From assembly GCF_009914755.1 (NCBI RefSeq), contig NC_060927.1: 64,000 bases of DNA; one strand, written 5' to 3'. The notes under the pieces were generated by a model. That model did no database searches. It was not told the DNA's origin and saw only the letters and a program-made list of their open reading frames with translations. Origin of the DNA: the human T2T-CHM13v2.0 reference genome, Homo sapiens. The translations under genes and the position numbers were made by a program. Positions 44,801 to 64,000 of this stretch are shown one piece after another. How positions within the stretch are numbered: position 1 is the stretch's first letter; each line of letters starts with the position of its first letter.

Positions 44801-47204
44801 GGATATTTCTTCTTTCCTAATAGGTCTCTGTCAGCTCAAAAATGTCATTTATTAGATTCTGCAAAAAAAGTGGGATCTGGTGAATGAAAACACAGGTTTC
44901 ATTTGTGATATGGAGCAACACATCACAAAGCATTTTCACAGACAGCTTTTTTCTAGTTTTTAGTACTGGATATTTGTTTGTGTAAAGCCTAAATGTGCTC
45001 AGAAATGTCACTTCTTAGATTCCACAAAAAGAGTGTTTGGAACATGGTGAATCAAAACGCATGTTTCATTCTGTGATATGAAATAGCAAATCCAAAAGTG
45101 TTTTCACTGGTAGCTTGCTTCTGGCTTTTAGGATTTTTTGTTTTTTCCTAATAGGCCTCAGTGGGTTCAGAAACATCACTTTGTAGATTCCACCAAAAGA
45201 GTGTTTAGACCCTGGTGACTTAAAACACAGATTCCAATCTGAGATATGGAATAGCACATGACAAAGTGTTTTCACAGAGAGCTTGTTTCTAGTTTTTAGG
45301 ACTCGATATTCATTTTTTCTTTGTAGGCTTGAATGGGCTCAGAAATGTCACTTCATGGAGTCTACAAAAAGCAGGTTTGGAACCTGGTGAATCAAAACAC
45401 ATGTTCTATTCTGTAATATGAAATAGCAAATCACAAAGCATTTTCCCAGATAGCTTGTATCTACTTCTTAGGGCTTAATAAGGACTCAATGGGCTCAGAA
45501 ATGTCACTTGGTAGATTCTACAAAAAGAGTGTTTGGAATCTGGTGAATCAAAACACAGGTTCCATTCTGTAATAGGAAACAGCACATCAGGAAGCATTTT
45601 CACTGATAGCTTGTTTCCACTTTTTAGGACTGGATATTTGTTTTTTCTTAATAGGCCTCAATGGGTTTGGAAATGTCACTCTATCAATTCTACAATAAGA
45701 GTGTTTGGAATCTGGTGAATAAAAACACAGGTTCCATTCTGTGATACTAAGGAGCACATCAGAAAGTGGTTTCACAAATAGCTTGTTTCTTGTTTTTAGG
45801 GCTGGATATTAGTTGTTTCCTAATAGGCCCCAATTGGCTCAGTAATAGCACTTCATAGACTGCAAAAAGAATGTTTGGAACCTGGTGAATTTAAACACAG
45901 GTTTCAATCTTAGATGTGGAACAGCACACCACAAAACATATTCACAGAGAGCTTGTTTCTAGTTATTAGGGCTGGATATTCATTTTTCCTAATAGGACTC
46001 AATGGACTCAGAAATGTCACTTTGTAGATTCTACAAAAGAGTGTTTGGAACCTGGTGAATCAAAACACAGCTTCCATTCTGTGATATGAGACAGGACCTC
46101 ACAAATCATTTTCTCTGCTAGCTTGTTTATGGCTTTTAGGGCTCGATAATCATACGTTCCTGTAAGGCCTCAATGAGCTTAAGAATGTCACTTCATAGAT
46201 TTATCAAAAAGAGTGCACAAACCTGGTAAATTGAAACATAAATTCCATTCTTTGATATTAAACAGCACATCACAAAGCGTTTTGACAGATAGATTGGTTC
46301 TAGTTTTCAGGGCTGGTTATTTCACTGTTCCTATAGAACCTCAATGTGCTCAGAAATGTCACTTTGTAGGTTCTACATAAGGAGTGTTTGGAACTCGACG
46401 AATTGAAAAACAGGTTCCATCTGTGATATGAAACAGCACATCACAACTTATTTTCTTGCCAGCTCTGAGAATGAAAAACAAGCTAGGTGAGAAAACAATC
46501 AGAGCTGGATATTCATTGCTTTTTAATAGGCCTCAAAGAGCTCAGAAATATTACTTTGTAGATTCTACAAAAAAAGTGTGTGGAACCTGGTGAATCAAAA
46601 CAGATGCTCCCTTCAGTGATACAAAACAGCACATCACAAAGTGTTTTCACAGATAGCTTGTTTCTAATTTTTAGGGCTGGATATTCACATGTTCTTTTAA
46701 GGTCTCAATGGGCTTAGAAATGTCACTTCAGAGATTCTTCAAACAGAGTGCTTCAAATCTGGTGAATCAAAACACAGTTTCCATTCAGTAATATAAAACA
46801 GCACATCACAAAAGATTTTCACAGTTAGCTGGTTTCTAGTTTTTAGGACTGGATATTCAATTTTTTCTTTATAGGCCTCAATGGGCTCTGAAATATCACT
46901 TAGTATATTCTACAAAAAGTGAGTTTGGAACCTGGTGAATCAAAACACAGGTTCAACTTTGTGATATAAAACAGCACATTGCAAAGCATTTTCACAGATA
47001 GTTTGTTTCTACTTTTTAGGGCTGAGTATTCACTTTTTCCTATCTAGCCTCAATAAGCTCAGTAATGTTACTTTAGAGATTCTGCAAAAAGCATGTTTGG
47101 AACCTGATGAATCCAAACACAGGTTCCATTCTTTGATATAAATAAGCACATCACAAAGCTTTTTCACAGGTAGCTTGTTTCTAGTTCTTAGGTTGTATAT
47201 TCAT

Positions 47205-47280
47205 ATTATTTTATGTTATTTATTTTTTTATTATACTTTAAGTTCTAGGGTACATGTGCACAACATGCAGGTTTGTTACA
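47205..47280 (-). mobile_element. Very short young L1PA 3' end inside the satellite
   Basis: TTATTATACTTTAAGTTCTAGGGTACATGTGCACAACATGCAGGTTTGTTACA is the reverse complement of the L1PA 3' terminus. Confidence 0.88.
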
Positions 47281-47744
47281 GGCCTTAATGAGATGAAAAA
47301 TGTCACTTCGTAAATTCTACAAAAAGAGCGTTTGGAACTTGGTGAACCAAAACACAGGTTCTATTCTGCAATATGAAACAGCAAATCACAAAGTGTTTTC
47401 ACTGATAGCTTTTTTCTAGTTTTTAGGACTGGATATATATATTTTTAATAGGCCTCAATGGGCTCAGAAATATCACTTTGTATATTCTACAAGAAGAGTG
47501 TTTGTAACCAGGTGTGGTGAATCAAAACACAGGTTCCATTCTGTAATATTGAAAAGCACATCACAAAGCATTTTCACAGATAGCTTGTTTCTACTTTTTA
47601 GGGCTGGATATTCATTTGTTCCTAATAGGTCTCAATTGGCTCAGAAATGTCACTTTGTACATTCCACAAAAAGAGTGTTTGGGACCTGGTGAATCAAAAC
47701 ACAGTTTCCATTCTGTTATAATAGAAAGTGCATCACAAAGGATT

Positions 47745-56216
<8,472 letters not shown>

Positions 56217-56540
56217 CTAGCTTGGATATTAGTATTTTCTTAAATAGGCCTAGAATTCTCTGAAATGTCATTTTTCAGTTTCTACAAAACATGACTTTGG
56301 ATTCTTTGTAATGAAAACACAAGTTCCATTCAGTGATATGAAACACCACATCACAAAGTTTTCTTAAAGATTTCCTGTTTTTAATTTTGATGGCTAGATA
56401 TTTGTATGTTCCTATATTGGCTCGTTGGGCTCAGAAATGTCCTTTCTTAGATTCTATGAAAAGTGTGTTTGGAACCTTTTGAATCAAAATACAGGGCTAT
56501 TTAGTGATATAAAACAGCATATTTCACAGCTGTTTCACAG

Positions 56541-56965
56541 AAACAGGGAAACAGGGAAATAGGGAAAGGATTCCCTGTTCAATAAATTGGGAAAGGACCT
56601 CCTATTCAATAAATTGTGCCAGGGTAGTGGCTTGCGGTACACAGAGGATTGAAATTGCACCCCTTCCTTACACCATGCACAAAAATCAACTCAAGATGGA
56701 TTAAATACCTAAATGCAAAACCTAACACTAAAAAAACACTGGTAGATAACCCAGGAAATACCATTTTGGACATAGAAACTGGCAAAGATCTCATCATGAA
56801 AATGCCAAAAGCAATTGCAACAAAGGCAAAAATTGACAAATGGGACCTAATTAAAGAGATTCTGCACAGCAAAAGAAACTATAATTTTTCAATGGTCTAA
56901 TACCCAGAATTTACAAGGAACTTAAACAAATGGACAAGAAGAAAACAAACAAACAAAATACAAAT
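56541..56965 (+). mobile_element. L1 ORF2 fragment capping the satellite
   Basis: ORF 56649-56900 ([21 protein letters not shown]...[16 protein letters not shown]) is L1 ORF2 C-terminal sequence. Confidence 0.88.
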
Positions 56966-57700
56966 GTTCCTAAATACAAAAATAAAGACAAACAAAACAA
57001 TCTATAGACTCAGTGAAGATTTTGAAATGTTTTGTTTATTATATGGTGAGGTTTTTCAGATCTTTTAGCCAAATCATGTGCCCTCATGTCTCCTACTCTT
57101 TTTGTTTCTGGCATAAAACTTTTTGATTTGAGCCAGAACAGTGAAGATGTCAACACACATCAATCTGATGATAATTGGAGGTGAGGGAAGTTCACAGTCC
57201 ATCATGAAAAACTCTTTTAGATAAGAAGGGAAGACCATATACATAGTTATGTAAAAAAAATCCTTCATGAGGATTCATATACGCAAAAGGGTAAGGGGAA
57301 AGCTTTACTTTGTACAAATGTAGATAGATTAAGTAACAATACACTAATACTTTGTAAAAGTGTGCTATTTACAAACAATGTTAGTGAACACAGTCTGCTA
57401 AGGTTTCATTATCATATATTGTTATGCACAGCTAAATCCTTCAACTATGTGAATGTTAGGACTTTTCACAAAAGCCTGCCTAATTCAAAGGAGCCTTTTC
57501 AAGTCCATTTACAACAAATTTAAAATCATATTTTCCCTGAACAAGTGCTTACCTGATATGACTCTGTTTTCCTTGTTTTTTTTTTAAATGAAGAAATATT
57601 CTGTTTTGCAAATTGGACCCCAGGCTGAAAATTGGCACCTTAAATGTCTGCATTTGGGCTTTGGGGAAAGTGCCACTCAGATAGGTATCTCAGGACATGA

Positions 57701-57958
<258 letters not shown>

Positions 57959-58102
57959 TGAGTAGCTGAGACTACAGGCGTGCACCACTACATCTGGTTA
58001 ATTTTTGTATTTTTAGTAGAGATGGGGTTTCACCATGTTGGCCAGGATGGTCTTGATCTCCTGACCTCATGATCTGTCTGCCTTGGCCTCCCAAAGTGCT
58101 GG

Positions 58103-59552
58103 TGAGAGGTGACAGCATGCTGGCAGCCCTTGCTGGCTCTTGGCACCTCCTCGGCCTCGCTGGCGCCCACTCTGGCCGCACTCGAGGAGCCCCTTGGCCC
58201 GCCACTGCACTGTGGGCGCCCCTCTCTGGGCTGGCCGAGGCCAGAGCCAGCTCCCTCTGCTTTTGGGTAGGTGCGGAGGGAGAGGCGCAGGCCGGAACCA
58301 GGGCTGCGCATGGCGCTCCTGGGCCAGCGCGAGTTCTGAGTGGGCGTGGGCTGGGCCAGCCCGCACTTGGAGCGGCTGGCTGGCACCGCCGGCCCCAGGC
58401 AGTGACGGGCTTAGCACCCGGGCCAGCAGCTGCAGAGGGTGCGTGGGGTCCCCCAGCAGTGCTGGCCTGCCGGCTCTGCGCTGGAATTCTTGCCGGGCTC
58501 AGCTGCCTCCCCGCGGGGCAGGGCTCAGGACCTGCAGCCCGCCATGCCTGAGCCTCCCCACCACCGTGGGCTCCTGCATGGCCCCGGCTTCCCCACTGCC
58601 GTGGGCTCCTGCATGGCCCAAGCCTCCCCACTGCCATGGGCTCCTGCATGGCCCGAGCCTCCCCAATGGGCGCCACCCCCTGCTCTGCGGCGCCGGGTCC
58701 CATCAACTGCCAGGCTGAGGAGTGCCGGCACACAGTGTGGGACTGGTGGGTAGCTCTGCCTACCGCCGCTGTGGGGGATCCACTAGGTGAAGCCAGCTGG
58801 CCTCCTGAGTCTAGTGGGGACTTGGAAAACCTTTAAGTCTAGCTAACGGATTGTAGAGACACCAATCAGCACTCTCTTGTCTAGCTCAAGGTTTGTGAAT
58901 GCACCAATCAGCACTCTGTATCTAGCTAATCTGGTGGTGACTTAGAAAACCTTTATGTCTAGCTAAAGGATTGTAAATACACCAATCAGCACTCTGTGTC
59001 TAGCTCAAGGTTTGTAAATACACCAATCAGTGCTCTGTGTCTAGCTAATCTAGCAGGGACTTGGAGAACTTTGTGTCTAGCTCAGGGATTGTAAACACAC
59101 CAATCAGCACCCTGTCAAAATGGACCAATCAGCTCTCTGTAAAACAGACCAATCAGCTCTCTGAAAAATGGGCCAATCAGCAGGATGTGGGTGGGGTCAG
59201 ATAAGGCAATAAAAGCAGGCTGCCCGAGCCAGCAGCAGCAACCAAGTGGGGGTCCCTTTCTGCGGTGTGGTAAGTTTGTTTTTTCGCTCTTTGCAAGGAC
59301 TCTTGCTGCTGCTTACTGTTTGGGTCCGCACTGCCTTTATGAGCTGTAACAGTAATCACAAAGGTCTGCAGCTTCACTCCTGAGCCAGTGAGACCAGCAA
59401 CCCATCACAAGGAAGAAACTCCAAACATGTCCAAATATCAGAAGGAACAAACTCCTGACACACTGCTTTTAAGAACTGTAACACTCACCGCCAGGGTCTG
59501 AGGCTTCATTCTTGAAGTCAGTGAGACCAAGAACCCACCAATTCTGGACACA
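58103..59552 (+). mobile_element. Full-length ERV9 solo LTR (LTR12C-like), 1450 bp
   Basis: Starts TGAGAGGTGACAGC and ends CAATTCTGGACACA. 4-bp TSD CTGG at 58099-58102 and 59553-59556. GC-rich U3 and tandem CCAATCAG repeats. Confidence 0.95.
58855..59245 (+). promoter_or_regulatory. LTR12 enhancer/promoter: eight CCAAT (NF-Y) boxes, GATA site, AATAAAA TATA-equivalent
   Basis: CCAATCAG near 58862, 58904, 58982, 59023, 59100, 59126, 59149 and 59173. GATAA at 59200 and AATAAAA at 59208-59214. This is the established ERV9 LTR promoter architecture. Confidence 0.75.
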
Positions 59553-60957
59553 CTGGGTTTACAGATGTGAGCCTCGGCGCTTGGCCACCATGCCTTTTTT
59601 AGGGTGGCCTATTTCATATGTGTACACACTTCTCCGTTTTGAAATGAGACGTTCTTACACCCAAACAGATCCTGAAATAAAGCTTCAGGTTTTCTCAGAT
59701 GATGTATGTGTTTTCAGTGTGATCAATAACTGATCATTTCTTCTCTTTTTTCCTTTACCTAATTTAAATATGATTTGTCTGCTGGGACTCTGGATACATT
59801 GTGAAAAGTTTTCGATTATTTTCAGCCCCGGCAATCGGTTTTATTCTCTGTGTTTAGTTCACAAAACAGAGTCTCAGAAGGGCAATGTCTGTAATTTGCC
59901 ACTGGGTGACTGTGCCTAGCACAAAACCTAGCGTGTGGGAAGCTGCATAAATGCCATTTAGACACATAAATAAAAACCGTTTACCTATGACACATTTTAT
60001 TCTTTCTAGGTATAAAAGGCGGGAAACTGGTAATTTGAAATCAAAACAGTACTTTTTAGTTTGAAATCTGTGTGATGACCACCAACATGTTAGCATATAT
60101 CCAATCAATATTTCATTTTGAGTTTTCCATTAATGTGAGAACTCCATGGGAATTAGCATTTATTAGTAGTTCTAAATCTTCTACAATATAAGGGGAGTGG
60201 AAATTTTAACGAGCCAATGCTGTGGCATTTACTTGGGAATAAACTCTCTCTTCCCTCCTTGTGTCTCCTGTGTCCTGCCCCCTGCTGAATTCAGCTGCAG
60301 CATAGACCTCCTATCTTCCAGACCACCAAAGCTTACACAGTCCCAGAGAAGAGACAGGTGTGGGGAGTCATAACTCACAAAGGCTCCCTTGGACTCTAGA
60401 CCACTAAGAAGGTTAGAATTTCAGGAGTAGCCGTGGAAGATGATGAGGGCTTAGAGTCTCAAGAACTACAAATAAATACCTAAAAATAAAATTTGTCAGT
60501 CCAGACTTGGAGAGGTCTAGTATGTGGCTATGAGAAAGATGAAAAGCAACATAGAGACTGGGTAAAAGTGGAAAGGCCCTCCATCACACCATTTGTTGGC
60601 GTCATAAAGTATACTGTGTTTCCACCCACCACAATGGAAACCAGGAGGTAACTGATGTCAGTTGTCCCTTCCTAGGAGGCAATGAAAAGTTCAGTGAATT
60701 AGTTTATCAGAGGAAGACTTTTCATGTTGCCGTAAGTATTATCATTCTAGTCTGAATAGACACATATGGGCCAGTGTAACTTAAGTGCATACAGAATATG
60801 AGCTACTCAGAGGACTTTCAGATGCAGAGGTATAGCAGTGGTTCTCAGCCCTGGTTAAGATCACCCGGGAGCTTTTTACTAGGCACGAGTGTTGCAGTCA
60901 CCCTATATATTCCAACATAATTGTTCTGGGATAGAGACCTGGCATTGGTCTCATGAA

Positions 60958-61062
60958 GATGTGTATGTGTATGTATACACAATATACCTGTATATGTATT
61001 CATATATATGCAATACATATGTATATGTAATTATATATATGTACAGTACATAGGTGTATGTG
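60958..61062. repeat. Degenerate (TA/TG)n low-complexity tract next to a MER5-like fragment
   Basis: Alternating purine-pyrimidine ATGTGTATGT.. tract. Confidence 0.75.
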
Positions 61063-61799
61063 TTCATATTTTTATAAAACATATTATTATCTCATTTCTT
61101 TATATGGTTGTAGCTCTTTCTGTCTTACTAGTATATGTATACATAAATACGTGTATAAAGAGACAACGATGACTACTTATTTGGATGATGACTCCAAACC
61201 ATTTGTGCTTAGATTTTTAATGAGAATTGTTGTTTTAACATTCTACATAAATTTGGTATTTGATAACTTAGCTACTAGATTGCTTAGGTTACAAGGTACA
61301 ATTTACAAAGACTTTCTTCATCTCAGTTTCCATAATGGTAAACAGCAATTTTAAAACTCTCTCAGAAGTATAGCTATTTTGTCTATAATCTAATGACATG
61401 TGTGTTTGCTATGCTATCCAGATTATTAGCTAAATACTCTTTATTTGGACTTTTGGCATAAAGTCAGACACAAAAATATGTGAAAAATTTTAAATCCACA
61501 TGATACCAGTGACTTAATTACTAACTTTAAGTAGACAAAATTGGCAAAAACATTTACAACTCATAATAGGAGCATCACAACCCCTTATAAGATGCCTTTT
61601 AACATACCAACAAGTTTATATTCATAATCTCACTTATTCCTAATTAAATCTTTTGAGGTCTGCCTTATTTTGATTTTACTATTGCAGCAACTCAGGCTAT
61701 GAGAAGCTGTTGGTGACCTGGAGTAACAGGCTGGCAGAGTCAGGACTGGAGTTGAGGGTCTGCTCCAAGCTCAGTACTGGCTCCTTGCATCACCTGTAG

Positions 61800-62146
<347 letters not shown>

Positions 62147-63100
62147 TGTCATGTCTCTAACTGTAGAAGCTCAAGCAAGGCTGTGGCCTCTGCCTCTGGC
62201 TGTGCTCTAAAGAACTGTTTCTTTCTGTTTGTTGTAAGCCATGAACCAAGTTGTTGTGAACATAAAAACCAAATGTGGAGGCCTTTCTCCTCTGCAAGGA
62301 AATAGTACACCTGATATTACTTAAACAAGCAAGTGATAAGGCTTACCTGACATGCTGAAAAATGACATGTTGGGGATTTTACTACAAGAAACAAAATACA
62401 TAATTGGCAGAAATGTGGCATTTGCTAAAAAAAATGGCTTGAATTCTTTCCATCTGCTACACTGATTTTCTTCACACATCACCAAAATCATAAAGCAAAT
62501 CCAGCTCTGAGCAGTTGAAATATAGAAACAAGGGTGACAAGAGAGCAGGCCGAAGGAGCTCAGTGACTCAGAGATTAGCCACTGCCATCTCACTGCTGGG
62601 ACCCTCGGCATCATGGAATGTGGCATGATGGCCATCCTGTGGCAGTTTCTAAGCCACCCAAAGAGGTAATGCCGCCTGTCAACATTCAGAGCATTACCTC
62701 AAGGAGGCTGCACCATGGCTGAGCCTAAAATAAAACACTGCTGTTTGCGACCCTCTGTTGTTGCTTGCTGGGAGACTCAGAGTAAATTTGCATCCAAAGC
62801 CTGCAACAAGCTTGTTTCCTTAATATAATATATACCACATGTTTTCATATCATAATTTTAGTCTTTATCATAAAATAATTTTTAAAAAATATTCTATCTT
62901 CAAAGAAAATTGTAAAGGACCTGTGGGGGAACCTAAAATTTGGGACTTTGAATGTCATTAGAACTTAGACAGATGTACCCTTTGAGCAGATTATGCAATG
63001 ATAACTTACATTTAATTATTTTATGACTGCTTCTATTTGAACAAACATATATCATTTTCTGCTCATGTTTTGAATTTTTAATGCAAAGAACCTGATCTAA

Positions 63101-63439
<339 letters not shown>

Positions 63440-64000
63440 TAACATCTATAAATGTTGTTGGTTTACAAAATAGATAACTGATGGGAAATACATAACCTTA
63501 TAGGAAAGTAATTTGGGGGCAGTGTTAATTATAGATGCGTTGGATAAGAAGATCTGTTAGGTAGTAAAGCCCTTTAAAAAGGATAAATTGGTTAAAAGTC
63601 CCTATCATGGGTTTTTGGGGACTCTTCAGTACTCCTCTGTGGATTCACTCTGGGGCCCACTAGCATTTATAATGCTGGTAGCAGGGAATAAAGCTCAGGA
63701 TATCCACTGTCTTCAAACTCTGTAGAGTCTTCAAGATTGTGTATCTATCTGTGAGTCACAAAGTGTTTGATAAGCTGAGTGTGCAGGACTGATTAGAAGA
63801 GGGACTCTTTGTATTGAGGGTGTTCACAGTATCATATTTCTTAGTAGAAATAGAATCTGAGAAGTCGTTGAGTTCGGGAAAACATGTATGAATCAATAAA
63901 ACCATGAGGATAAACAGGCACAACAAGAAGGTAGAAACTGTTGAATGTTTATATTTTTGTAGTCACAGAAATGAAATGAGCCAAAAACATAGAATTTAAA

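Noticed and set aside
57972-58836. Long overlapping ORFs (up to 253 aa) and CpG-island-like composition
   Set aside because: These arise from the GC-rich U3 of LTR12 plus Alu. They are open in many frames on both strands and have no recognisable domain.
60011-60040. TATAAAA + GGCGGGAAA (E2F) + TTTGAA (CHR-like) as a cell-cycle promoter
   Set aside because: Short motifs in CpG-poor AT-rich DNA with no CpG island or downstream gene, so probably chance.

Overview
Primate (catarrhine, probably human or ape) non-coding, repeat-dense genomic DNA. No intact protein-coding gene, RNA gene or CRISPR array is supportable. Bases 1-42 kb are an Alu-saturated mosaic (roughly 55-60 Alus in the whole window). 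They carry a deleted two-LTR ERV-L provirus (1747-5912), a 5'-truncated L1PB with an HERV-H-type LTR inside it, a nested L1MB/L1PB/MER9/LTR7B cluster, several solo LTRs and DNA-transposon fossils, and a previously easy-to-miss processed pseudogene fragment of acyl-CoA thioesterase 7 (ACOT7, ~35541-35762). The dominant unusual feature is a ~14.3 kb island (~42215-56540) of highly diverged, ~171-bp alpha-satellite-like monomers embedded in euchromatin-like sequence. Its left domain is mostly monomeric with relic multi-monomer duplications. Its right domain shows a decayed, mostly three-monomer (A-B-C, ~514 bp) higher-order periodicity, which suggests a fossil centromeric layer. An intact LTR12C-type solo LTR (58103-59552) lies 1.5 kb beyond the array and has a perfect splice donor just after its predicted start site. 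All family names come from recalled consensus sequences and visible target-site duplications (TSDs), not from database searches. Coordinates of old repeats are approximate.
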